From: a virus | Lineage: Duplodnaviria; Heunggongvirae; Uroviricota; Caudoviricetes | Direction: 5' to 3' (one strand) | IMG/VR virus record: IMGVR_UViG_2698536369_000022 | Length of the DNA: 36,385 bases | Shown: piece by piece, positions 26,131 to 34,155 of the stretch | How positions within the stretch are numbered: the stretch's first letter is position 1 | Layout: every line of letters begins with the position of its first letter | Program-made: the position numbers and the translations under genes | The notes under the pieces: generated by a model | The model's input: the letters and a program-made list of their open reading frames with translations, nothing else | What the model was told of the DNA's origin: nothing | Database searches by the model: none

Positions 26131-27090
26131 TTACTCCTTGTCCATTGCGTACAGCCCATTAACCAGAGCAAACTGTGGCACCCCGTCCGCGATGAAAGTC
26201 GCATTAACTCCGCAGGCTTCGCGGATAGCGGGTGCCACAATCTCCGCCCCTCCACCGACAACCATCACCCGCCCGTAACCCGAAAAAACCGCCAGCGCGC
26301 GGATCACGCGTTGTTTCAGTGTTTCTTCCTTTTCACGAATAACCGCCATCAGGCTGTTGTAATGCGCGTCATTGTGGATGTGCTGGCGCAGCCAGGCTTC
26401 ATCATGGCGATGTTCGATAATGGTATTGGCGATGTGGTGACTGGTACGCATACCGTTAGTGGCCATCACCGACAGTACGGCATCGGCCATCAGGGAAACG
26501 CCTACGTGTGGATCGCAAAACACCTGGCTGATACCTGCCAGTTGTCCCTGAACCTTTGCCACATCCAGCGTGGTTCCGCCTAAATCCACAATCAGCAGGG
26601 ATTCAAACGGACTCATGTCAGCCAGTGCCTTAAAGCCAGCCGGAATGGATTCAGGCATAACCCGTACGTTGCGGATAGTGAATGCCTCACTGTTCTGATA
26701 CTCCACCGGGCGCATAACGTTCGCTTTTTTGCGGTTGATGTTGGCCATGTCCGGCTGGGCGTTTGTGTCGAAATACTCGCTCAGTGGCAGGGTGACAACC
26801 ACATCCACCTCCTGTGGCGTGATGCCTGATTTGACCAGCGCATGATGAATGGCAATGACATTCACATCGCTGTACTGGTATTGCGTGTCGGTCGTCTGGA
26901 CAAAGCGATCGCTGACCGGATCAAAACCATAGCGCACGCCATCAAGCATGTAGTTCGCGGGCTGCATGCCACCGAACGGCGCAGACCATTCCGACTTGAA
27001 GCTGTTCGGGCTGATGGCGTTGCGGCGTTCGCCGTTCTCAGTCCATGCCAGCTTGATGTTGGTGGAGCCGTCGTCGATGTGAATTTTCAT
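26131..27090 (-). CDS. parM: ParM/StbA-family actin-like ATPase
   Basis: MKIHIDDGSTNIKLAW, ISPNSFK, YSDVNVIAIHHALVKSG, NRKKAN, VRVMPESIPAG, LLIVDLGGTTLDVAKV, VMVVGGGAE and ALVNGLY align with R1 ParM motifs as I recall them. Confidence 0.75.
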   Translation of the reverse strand: MKIHIDDGSTNIKLAWTENGERRNAISPNSFKSEWSAPFGGMQPANYMLDGVRYGFDPVSDRFVQTTDTQYQYSDVNVIAIHHALVKSGITPQEVDVVVTLPLSEYFDTNAQPDMANINRKKANVMRPVEYQNSEAFTIRNVRVMPESIPAGFKALADMSPFESLLIVDLGGTTLDVAKVQGQLAGISQVFCDPHVGVSLMADAVLSVMATNGMRTSHHIANTIIEHRHDEAWLRQHIHNDAHYNSLMAVIREKEETLKQRVIRALAVFSGYGRVMVVGGGAEIVAPAIREACGVNATFIADGVPQFALVNGLYAMDKE

Positions 27091-27121
27091 GTCGCTTTTC
27101 CTTATGTTGATTAATTAATCG

Positions 27122-27148
27122 TTTACGGGATTTTTAAATCCCGTTTTT
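27122..27148. repeat. Palindrome TTTACGGGATTT-TT-AAATCCCGTTTT upstream of parM
   Basis: 9-bp perfect inverted arms with 2-bp spacer in the 76-bp gap between the A stop and parM start. Confidence 0.6.
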
Positions 27149-27166
27149 GCCTGTTTTATGCGCGCT

Positions 27167-30007
27167 TCATATATCGCGGCGCGTTTTTTGCTCATTTACG
27201 GGATTTGTGAATCCCGTTTCTGTCTGTTTTTTGTTTCCACTGGTCAGGCCACCCCGCAGCAGGTCTGCTTTGCGGCGGGCGCGTTCAGTGGTTTCACTGA
27301 TTCTCTGTGCGTGCTCTGCGTCGCGGATGGCGCGCAGCATGTCAGAAAGCACGGTAACGGGTGTTTTCATGGTGTTCTGGTCTTGCTGAAGTGTGGATGC
27401 CAGGCGTGCGGCGGCTTCGGGGTCTGATGCCCCCAGCTGTTCCAGATAGCTGGCGATCGGGTTATGGCGGATCTCCGTGCTGCTTACGCCGTGGTTACGG
27501 CTCAGGCGCTGCCAGAGCTGCGTGATCCGTCTGTCCGGTCGGGTATCCGGTTTGCGTACAATTTCAAATTCCTGCGGTGCAATGATGCTGCCGTCAACGT
27601 ACAGGCTGCCGCCCCGTAACAGGTGCTGCATCTGCTGTTCACCGATATGCAGGCCGAGAGATTCGGCAGATTCCCGCCATTCTTTAGCGAGTAATTCGTG
27701 GTTATCAGGCAAAGGCCGCTGCTGTTTGCGGCTCTGTGTCCAGCTCTGCATTTCATCACTGCTGTTTTTTGCCTGTTTGTCACGAAGCGAACGCATCAGC
27801 GCCCGGCGTTCGTGCCGTTTCAGTGAGCGCATCCATTCGTTCACTTCAACGCCGTCAGGGAGCTGCGGCCACGGTGCTGGCCGTTCTTCCGGCTGTTCTG
27901 TCCCGTTGTTGTCCGTTTCCTGTACACGGGGACAGTTATTGCCACGAGTCCAAGGGGCGGCAGGGCCGCCCTGAAGGTCAAAACCATTTTCGCGGGCGCT
28001 GTCTTCCGCTTCCGGTTTGCGTCTTACCAGCTTCCAGTTATCCGGATGCGTGCATACGCGGGAAGACTCCCCAATGAGCGGCGACCAGATCCCGTAAATC
28101 TGTACGCTCTGTTCACCGTAATCGTTCAGCTCATCTGCGAGGTCGTAGGCGGTGCGAATCAGGTAGTCTTTGCGTGGAACAAGTACGCCACCCTGTTTCT
28201 CAATGTAGGTGGCAAAACATCCGGCATCAGCGGCAGCGAGTACCGCGTCCATTGCGTCATCCTTCAGCCGTTGCGGGCCTTCCGGGTTGCGTGCCATCTG
28301 GCTGGCAAGGCGGCGCAGTTCACGCCACACCTGACGGGAGGGGATACCAAAGAACTGGAACTGGCGGACCCGGTGAAGGCGCGCCCAGCCGATGGCGCGT
28401 TCCACGCTCTCGGCCATTGATTTTCCGGTTTCGTGGTCAACGCGTGGCTTGCCCGTTTTCGGGTCGATGCCATCTACGGCGCGGCTGTCCAGGTTTTTTC
28501 CGATGTAGGTCGCGATATAGCTGGTTGGTGTGCCTTTTGAGCCGTCGACATACTCCGCCTTAAAGCGCGGAGTAATATCATTGCCCAGCTCGTGGCGGTC
28601 TTCCTGAATGGCAATATCGCGGGTGATGACCACGATGCTGTCGATTTCTTCCGGATGAGCAAAGACCATCATATGCCAGTGCACGGTGCCGTCATGGTGA
28701 GGCTCCACCGTGCGGATGCCATACCAGCGAAGACCGTCGCGGCTCAGTTTTTTGCGGACCGCCGCAAAAAACGTGTTAACCAGGTAATCGCTGGAGTCGC
28801 GCATGGTGGCCCCGTTCCATTTGGGGTTCGGATGACCGTTCTCCGTTGTTGCGTGGTATTTTGACGGGCAGGTGACAGTCAGAAACACCGCTCTGTCGCC
28901 ACGGGCTTCGGCCAGAAGTTCCAGTCCTTTCATGGTGGCCATCATTTCTGCCTTACGGTGAACCGGGTTACTTACTCCCGCGTAATACACTGTCTCGAGA
29001 TCAATCGTGAACCCGTCTTCATTTTCCAGCATGAAACTTTTCAGGAAATCGCGTGTTTTCTCGCGCTGTGCGCGAAACTCGCTTAACGCGTCCTGGCTCA
29101 GATAGGGTGATGTTTTTCTGGAAACCAGACAGGCGGCGCGGCGTTGTTCTTCTCTCCACTCGCAACGTAACAGCCACAGTTTGCGTTTCCACCAGTCCGC
29201 ACAGGTCAGGCGAAGGATTGCGCCCGGCAGCAGTTCTGTGTCCGGTTCGTTCCTCCGGTCTTTGTCTGTTGTCAGTGCGTCATAATGTGGCGGCATGGCG
29301 TGCAGGTGTAACGCCATTCGGGCCAGCATCTGATACGCCTTCAGCGCCACTTCCATGGTCAGCTCACCATCGGTCGCGCCAAAGCCATCGCAGAGTGTCT
29401 CGAAGGTGCTGCTGAACATTGCCGCCGTCATGGTGGCCAGTGTCTGTATCTGGTGTTTGTTGAGCTGCGGCAGGTACAGCAAATCGTCCAGGCGTTCGCG
29501 CCCGGCAAGGGAGCGATAACCCGGTGTCAGCCAGCGTCCGTCAGTGCGATCCAGACGTTCGAATATTTTGCGCAGGGTTCCGCGTGCATAGCGTTCAGCC
29601 TGCCAGCTCTTTTTGCCTTTCTGGCGATCGGCTTCCTGTTTTTTGCGCAGGAAAGAGAGGTGGCAGCTCAGTGGTTCACGCAGATAAACAGGTAGTGCCT
29701 TTAGTGTGGCAAAGGCACGGGCTACTGGGTCTTGTTCTGTTGCCCGGCGCTTACTGATGATGCTCTGTGCCAGCTTTTCACGCTGTCCGGCTTCCTCAAG
29801 GGATGCCATGAGTTTTTTACCCATGGCGGATTGTGCGAAAAAGGCTTCTTCCTTCGCTTCCTGTTCTTCCTGTGCCCTTTTGTCTGCCTCAAGGTAGTAA
29901 CGGATGGCGCGTTGCAGGTCGGTTTCAGTTTCCTGCCTGTGCTCCGTAAATCTGGCCGGATCAATGGCTGGCCGTGGTTCATTCCAGCTCCATGCAAACT
30001 CATTCAT
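27167..30007 (-). CDS. A: Replication initiation protein A (rolling-circle endonuclease, GPA family)
   Basis: About 946 aa from the internal MNEFAWSW Met (ATGA overlap with the upstream ORF); contains HDGTVHWHMMVF HUH-like motif; position in the early operon as P2 A. Confidence 0.8.
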   Translation of the reverse strand: MNEFAWSWNEPRPAIDPARFTEHRQETETDLQRAIRYYLEADKRAQEEQEAKEEAFFAQSAMGKKLMASLEEAGQREKLAQSIISKRRATEQDPVARAFATLKALPVYLREPLSCHLSFLRKKQEADRQKGKKSWQAERYARGTLRKIFERLDRTDGRWLTPGYRSLAGRERLDDLLYLPQLNKHQIQTLATMTAAMFSSTFETLCDGFGATDGELTMEVALKAYQMLARMALHLHAMPPHYDALTTDKDRRNEPDTELLPGAILRLTCADWWKRKLWLLRCEWREEQRRAACLVSRKTSPYLSQDALSEFRAQREKTRDFLKSFMLENEDGFTIDLETVYYAGVSNPVHRKAEMMATMKGLELLAEARGDRAVFLTVTCPSKYHATTENGHPNPKWNGATMRDSSDYLVNTFFAAVRKKLSRDGLRWYGIRTVEPHHDGTVHWHMMVFAHPEEIDSIVVITRDIAIQEDRHELGNDITPRFKAEYVDGSKGTPTSYIATYIGKNLDSRAVDGIDPKTGKPRVDHETGKSMAESVERAIGWARLHRVRQFQFFGIPSRQVWRELRRLASQMARNPEGPQRLKDDAMDAVLAAADAGCFATYIEKQGGVLVPRKDYLIRTAYDLADELNDYGEQSVQIYGIWSPLIGESSRVCTHPDNWKLVRRKPEAEDSARENGFDLQGGPAAPWTRGNNCPRVQETDNNGTEQPEERPAPWPQLPDGVEVNEWMRSLKRHERRALMRSLRDKQAKNSSDEMQSWTQSRKQQRPLPDNHELLAKEWRESAESLGLHIGEQQMQHLLRGGSLYVDGSIIAPQEFEIVRKPDTRPDRRITQLWQRLSRNHGVSSTEIRHNPIASYLEQLGASDPEAAARLASTLQQDQNTMKTPVTVLSDMLRAIRDAEHAQRISETTERARRKADLLRGGLTSGNKKQTETGFTNPVNEQKTRRDI
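27195..27220. repeat. Second copy of the palindrome (ACGGGATT-TGTG-AATCCCGT) inside the 3' end of gene A
   Basis: Near-identical arms about 73 bp from the first copy; encodes TGFTNPV of the A protein C-terminus. Confidence 0.6.
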
Positions 30008-30393
30008 GGCTGGTATCCCGTCACGCGCTGCCACTCCTGCGAGAAGAGGGCAGAAAGGCGGTTAAATTCAGCGGTGTATTCACTCAGCGAGGCACACCCG
30101 CCAGCAGTGCGATGCGCCAGCATTGCCGCAAATACGGAGGCCGGGGAGTCGTAATACGCCAGCAGTGATTCTCCGTGTGGTGTCAGGCAGTGCAACGCCA
30201 GCCCGTGTGGTGTGAAGTCCACGCGGTAGCAGTCGTCTACTGTGAAATAAAGGGTGTCTGCATTCTCCGGTTTTGTGGTGCGTGCTCTGTTGTCACGACC
30301 ACGGATGTAGAGATCAAATAATCCCTGAAGAACGGGAGCCAGACGGGTGTCCTGTGTGCGCACCCATCTTGTGAAGTCATGAGCGTCAATCAT
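30004..30393 (-). CDS. Hypothetical protein (129 aa), coupled upstream of A
   Basis: Protein-like ORF whose stop overlaps the A start; no recognised motif. Confidence 0.55.
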   Translation of the reverse strand: MIDAHDFTRWVRTQDTRLAPVLQGLFDLYIRGRDNRARTTKPENADTLYFTVDDCYRVDFTPHGLALHCLTPHGESLLAYYDSPASVFAAMLAHRTAGGCASLSEYTAEFNRLSALFSQEWQRVTGYQP

Positions 30394-30465
30394 GCTGCAA
30401 TTCTCTTTACTACAGATGTGCGAAGGCCTCCCGCCGCAAGGTGCAGGAAAGGCCCGGAACAGGAA

Positions 30466-30693
30466 TTAATGGAGTTTGTTTTGCTGCTGGATGAGCCGTT
30501 GAAGTTCGCGCAGATCATCCGCCAGATAGCTGAAAACAGAGGCGGAATAGGTGTTTGATAGCGCGTGGCTGCGCTCATGCAGCATATTGATGTGCATGAT
30601 TTGCGCGACGCGTGATGCGCGGAAAAGCCTGCGGTTGATTTCAGTCTGGATGTGACGACGCGCAGCGTATGCGCGCTGTTTGCGGTTTGCCAT
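30466..30693 (-). CDS. Hypothetical small basic protein (75 aa)
   Basis: ORF with helical, Arg-rich character; no recognised family. Confidence 0.4.
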   Translation of the reverse strand: MANRKQRAYAARRHIQTEINRRLFRASRVAQIMHINMLHERSHALSNTYSASVFSYLADDLRELQRLIQQQNKLH

Positions 30694-30865
30694 GGTGTGG
30701 CCTCTGCGGTAGTAAGTTGTAAAAACTCACCATCCAGAGGTGGAAAACTCGGGGTGGTGAGACGTACAGGGTTTCCACAACCGGCTACCACAGAACCCGG
30801 CCCGACCGAAGTCGGCCCCATACGCCCCACCATAATTCGTGTGCGAAAAAGACGTGGCGATACGG

Positions 30866-30893
30866 TACGCACAAAAAAACCGCTGGCGCGGTT
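30866..30893 (-). terminator. Rho-independent terminator for minus-strand transcription
   Basis: Minus-strand reading AACCGC-GCCA-GCGGTT followed by TTTTTTTG. Confidence 0.5.
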
Positions 30894-31136
30894 GTGCGCT
30901 GTGATAGTCAGCGGGGTGGAAATCCCGGCACCCGTTTTATGAGGTGCAGCGGAAATGTAACCTGACTGATTGCGGCATGGCAAGCGGTTTTTTTGTGTGT
31001 GCATATACAGTTTTACTCCGTTTAATCCGGTTTTTTTTGCCTTCAACCGGAAAAGAAGGGTGTGTTACGCTTGAAGCACCCGCTGTTCCGTCAAAAACAA
31101 GGCGGGTGCTTTGTTCAACACACGTAAGGAAAATAA

Positions 31137-31223
31137 ATGTCTGATAGCGATAAATTTCATGTACCACGACAACCCGCACCCGCTCCGGAAAAGGGGCAGG
31201 GTTGGGATGATGAGGAGGACTAG
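31137..31223 (+). CDS. Possible 28-aa leader ORF (MSDSDKFHVPRQPAPAPEKGQGWDDEED)
   Basis: ATG preceded by AAGGAAAA; ends 6 nt before the membrane-protein gene; below the ORF-track size cutoff; weak evidence. Confidence 0.25.
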   Translation: MSDSDKFHVPRQPAPAPEKGQGWDDEED

Positions 31224-31229
31224 ATAGCA

Positions 31230-31715
31230 ATGGGTAATCAGCCATCTGAAAATAATGCTGCGCGGCGACACGAGGTGATGTATCGCCTCTGGAATAGTTA
31301 CTGGCTTGAGCACATTGTGGAGGTGTTTAATCGCCGCATGGATACGGTTATCAATGCAGTTATTCTTACGTTGGGAGCCACGGTGTTTGCTGACAGTAAT
31401 TTCAGTTGGCTGCTGGGCGGTATAGTGGCTGTACTTAGCGGCTGCAATATCGCCTGGAAATTTGGTCAGCGTGCGGAGGCGGCGAAAGCACAAGCCCATC
31501 GTTACAGTGTGCTGATTTCCGAAAGCGGCAATCTCAGCACGGAAGATGTGCTTAACAGGCTTCTGGAAACAGAGAAGCAGGACTCCCCAGTGATTGAAGG
31601 CATGGATGCAGTCGCGCGAAACAAGGCGAGTGCATCTATGGGGCTTAAACATCGCGACCAACTTTCCCTTCCTCAAAAAATCATTGCGTTATTGACCGTT
31701 GGTAATCCCGGTTAA
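31230..31715 (+). CDS. Two-TM membrane protein (161 aa), oriented opposite to the early operon
   Basis: GAGGAGG RBS 11 nt upstream; two adjacent hydrophobic helices (TVINAVILTLGATVFA; FSWLLGGIVAVLSGCNIAW) then a charged helical C-terminal region; own terminator. Confidence 0.65.
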   Translation: MGNQPSENNAARRHEVMYRLWNSYWLEHIVEVFNRRMDTVINAVILTLGATVFADSNFSWLLGGIVAVLSGCNIAWKFGQRAEAAKAQAHRYSVLISESGNLSTEDVLNRLLETEKQDSPVIEGMDAVARNKASASMGLKHRDQLSLPQKIIALLTVGNPG

Positions 31716-31742
31716 GCGCAAACGCTTAACTTTTCATTTCTT
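31711..31742 (+). terminator. Rho-independent terminator after the membrane-protein gene
   Basis: GTTAAGCG-CAAA-CGCTTAAC followed by TTTTCATTTCTT; overlaps the stop codon. Confidence 0.55.
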
Positions 31743-31754
31743 AAAGCGCGGCTT

Positions 31755-32069
31755 TCAGTCGTGCTTTTCTGTTGCACCAAGAAAAAAATCAAAAACCTTG
31801 TCGATGCGTTGAAGCAGTTCGCGCTGCATTGCTTCCGGTGTTTCGGGTTCTCCGGGTGAACCCAGCGTTGCGCAGAAGTCAGTGATTTCATGACGGAGCG
31901 TCAGGTGAATGGCAGGAGCCGTGGTTCTGGCGTGCTCCAGCTCATCCAGCAGCGCCAGCACGGCAGACGGCGAGAGCATTGCGCGAAACGCCAGTAATTT
32001 TTGATGTGTTGCCATTCGTTGCAGGTCAGTCGCCAGTTTGCGTAATTCCTGGTGGTTGATGGTTCTCAT
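31755..32069 (-). CDS. Ea22-like N-terminal-module protein (104 aa, third paralogue)
   Basis: MRTINHQELRKLATDLQ...AVLALLDELEHAR shares the INYQALRELA / LALLDELE module with the two genes at 24640-25751. Confidence 0.5.
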   Translation of the reverse strand: MRTINHQELRKLATDLQRMATHQKLLAFRAMLSPSAVLALLDELEHARTTAPAIHLTLRHEITDFCATLGSPGEPETPEAMQRELLQRIDKVFDFFLGATEKHD

Positions 32070-32311
32070 GCTCTGGCTTCCTTCAGTAGCTGGTTAAACA
32101 TGTTGGTAAGTGGATTGCCGCACCCGAATGGCATCGGGTTTATCTGGTAAGAAAAGCGACCGCCTGTTTTGCGCTCTTTTCTTACGACTGAACCGCTGCG
32201 CCAGAGTCGGCGTAACTCCGCATTAATGGCTGTGGCTGGGGTATTCAGTGCTGCGGCGATTTCTCCACCGCTACAATTCGGATGGGTAGAGATGTAGTCC
32301 AGAATGGTCAT
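32066..32311 (-). CDS. Putative winged-helix DNA-binding protein (81 aa)
   Basis: MTILDYISTHPNCSGGEIAAALNTPATAINAELRRLWRSGSVVRKER looks like a wHTH (helix, recognition helix, basic wing); start overlaps the upstream stop. Confidence 0.45.
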   Translation of the reverse strand: MTILDYISTHPNCSGGEIAAALNTPATAINAELRRLWRSGSVVRKERKTGGRFSYQINPMPFGCGNPLTNMFNQLLKEARA

Positions 32312-32511
32312 CTGCGTGACTCCTGTACCTGTCTGATAAGATTCACCTGCACCACGTTGGTGGCGCAGAAGTAAGTGTCGTCAGTGAGGTAAATGTGATG
32401 CGCGTCAGGTTGCGAACGGTGACGGTCGAGCGTTTTAATCAGCCGTTCGTCAACTTCGTATTCACGCCCTCTGGATGTGAAACGAATGACGGAAAAACGC
32501 TTAATTGCCAT
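32308..32511 (-). CDS. Hypothetical protein (67 aa)
   Basis: Small ORF in operon register (ATGA overlap with the next gene). Confidence 0.4.
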   Translation of the reverse strand: MAIKRFSVIRFTSRGREYEVDERLIKTLDRHRSQPDAHHIYLTDDTYFCATNVVQVNLIRQVQESRR

Positions 32512-32534
32512 TGCGCCCCCTTTGTCCAGTAACC

Positions 32535-32945
32535 CTATGCGTTAAATACGGTGCGCTGTGCGTCATCAATGAATGCGACTTGAGAGCGCTCAATCAGGCG
32601 GAGATTTGTCAGAATCTCTGATTCCCTTATGGGGTGAGGAGTGATCAGGTATTTATCCTGTAATCCGGCGATAATGGTGTATCGCTGTAGCTCCGAGCCA
32701 ATTGTGTAAATAAGGCATCCGGTGTTAGACAAATCCAGTCCGGTGACTGGTTGAGTTTTGAAAAGCGTAAGTTCCGCACCCTGTTCTTCGATGATTTTGG
32801 CGGCTTCTGCCGTGACTTTTGCGACTATCATCGTGTGGGTAGCGACGTCTATATGATCATTTGCTACGGCTTTTTTCGCTACTTCGCTTTCCATCTTTGA
32901 AATTTCTTTCAGTGCTCTGATGATGCCTTCTTCTTTTGCATGCAT
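32535..32945 (-). CDS. Hypothetical protein (136 aa)
   Basis: Protein-like ORF in the early operon; no recognised motif. Confidence 0.5.
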   Translation of the reverse strand: MHAKEEGIIRALKEISKMESEVAKKAVANDHIDVATHTMIVAKVTAEAAKIIEEQGAELTLFKTQPVTGLDLSNTGCLIYTIGSELQRYTIIAGLQDKYLITPHPIRESEILTNLRLIERSQVAFIDDAQRTVFNA

Positions 32946-33038
32946 TTTTGTATCTCCGTTATTTGCGTGTGCGAATACCTCCGCTAATACGGATGGTTTT
33001 CACGTTTTCTTATTTAATCTGGTGTTTTGTTTGTGCTG

Positions 33039-33152
33039 TTATTCGTCAGGGAAATAACGCTCAATCTTTTTTACTGAATGAATAATTCGCATAATCCCGA
33101 TTGCGCAGGCCACCGAAATAATCAGAACAATCCATGATATAAATATACTCAT
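33039..33152 (-). CDS. Possible 37-aa single-TM peptide (MSIFISWIVLIISVACAIGIMRIIHSVKKIERYFPDE)
   Basis: ATG overlaps the stop of the upstream 80-aa gene (ATGA); strongly hydrophobic core then basic tail; not in the ORF track (too short); hand-translated. Confidence 0.35.
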   Translation of the reverse strand: MSIFISWIVLIISVACAIGIMRIIHSVKKIERYFPDE

Positions 33153-33391
33153 ACGATATTCCCCAGTTTATATGGCTCAATGCGCTCTCCGCATTCTGCG
33201 GCGCAGACGAGTTCGGAAAGCTCGTTAATTGCATCCAAATCGTCAGCATAAAAGGCTACGTCATAAAGACTTCTGATTGCTCTTGCTAATGAGTCATGGG
33301 CTGCGTGTTCGGCGTGGGGGCCTGATGTGTTTAAGCGAAAATGAAAACGCTCAAGTGCTTTGTTAATGAGAGTTTTATATTCTTTGTCCAT
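33149..33391 (-). CDS. Hypothetical protein (80 aa)
   Basis: Protein-like small ORF in the early operon. Confidence 0.45.
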   Translation of the reverse strand: MDKEYKTLINKALERFHFRLNTSGPHAEHAAHDSLARAIRSLYDVAFYADDLDAINELSELVCAAECGERIEPYKLGNIV

Positions 33392-33411
33392 TGCATTTTC
33401 CCGGAAAACAA

Positions 33412-33666
33412 TTAAACAAAATCTCTTAATGGTTTACCTGATTCAATGCGCTCAATTGTATCGTTAATAACTATGCATGCCGCGTAATCATCTGCATAGC
33501 CTGCACATTCCAGTAGCGCCTTTAATCCGCTGATAATATCGCTTTTTGCTTTCGGTAAAGGTTTTCTCGTATTTAGTGCATCACAGGCATTATTAGCTAT
33601 GAGCCGGTGTATGATAAGAGTGTAAGCCGCGGCTATCTCTGTCATGTCTTTTGCTGTTGTTGCCAT
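33412..33666 (-). CDS. Hypothetical protein (84 aa)
   Basis: Protein-like small ORF in the early operon. Confidence 0.45.
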   Translation of the reverse strand: MATTAKDMTEIAAAYTLIIHRLIANNACDALNTRKPLPKAKSDIISGLKALLECAGYADDYAACIVINDTIERIESGKPLRDFV

Positions 33667-33669
33667 TGG

Positions 33670-34155
33670 TTAATTCCCTCGTGGATGCTGAAAACTACGG
33701 CCTGCAATTAAGCGGTCAACGGTGCGCAGTGCTTCGTACAATGTGAAATCCTGCCCGAACTGATTGTCGCCGCAGCTCAATGCAAAAATGCGGTTTCCGG
33801 TAAACGGATTGCGTGGGCATCTGTGAACCACGATTCCAGCTTTCTCAATCAGCCAGGTGTGTTCGCCGATTTGTTTTACAGCGTGGCCATCCGGCGTTGC
33901 GTGTGTTTCGCTCAGGCTGTAGCGAGAGTTGCTACGTGATGCACTGGTAGCGAAACGGTTAGCATGGCGTTCCGCACCGTTGCGGAAGCGCTGCTGTGAA
34001 GAATTGCGCTGTTGCTTCATGTCAAAAACTCCGTACCTGTTTACTTCCCCGGCATAACGCCCATTTTCAAAGTAATTGCGGCGAAATCCCGTGTTATGAG
34101 GTTCGCTGTTTCGCTGTTGCTTATTCATTTTTCGAGCCTCTACCCAATGAGCCAA
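33670..34155 (-). CDS. Hypothetical protein (161 aa)
   Basis: ORF with Arg/Asn-rich N-terminal half and compact C-terminal region; no recognised family. Confidence 0.5.
   Translation of the reverse strand: MAHWVEARKMNKQQRNSEPHNTGFRRNYFENGRYAGEVNRYGVFDMKQQRNSSQQRFRNGAERHANRFATSASRSNSRYSLSETHATPDGHAVKQIGEHTWLIEKAGIVVHRCPRNPFTGNRIFALSCGDNQFGQDFTLYEALRTVDRLIAGRSFQHPRGN

Noticed and set aside
30390-31046. 218-aa minus-strand ORF across the non-coding stretch
   Set aside because: Low-complexity translation, overlaps the more protein-like 75-aa ORF in another frame and runs through terminator hairpins.
30694-31136. Possible retron msr/msd or other RT-associated ncRNA
   Set aside because: Hairpins are present but there is no reverse transcriptase ORF anywhere in the window, so a retron is unsupported.
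31065-31676. 203-aa minus-strand ORF opposite the 161-aa membrane-protein gene
   Set aside because: His/Cys/Arg-rich translation without start signals; the plus-strand ORF has an RBS, TM helices and a terminator. Reverse-strand expression was not excluded experimentally.
33061-33249. 62-aa minus-strand track ORF overlapping the 80-aa gene
   Set aside because: Overlaps a better-supported gene in another frame; replaced by the 37-aa coupled hydrophobic peptide in the adjacent frame (hand-translated, lower certainty).
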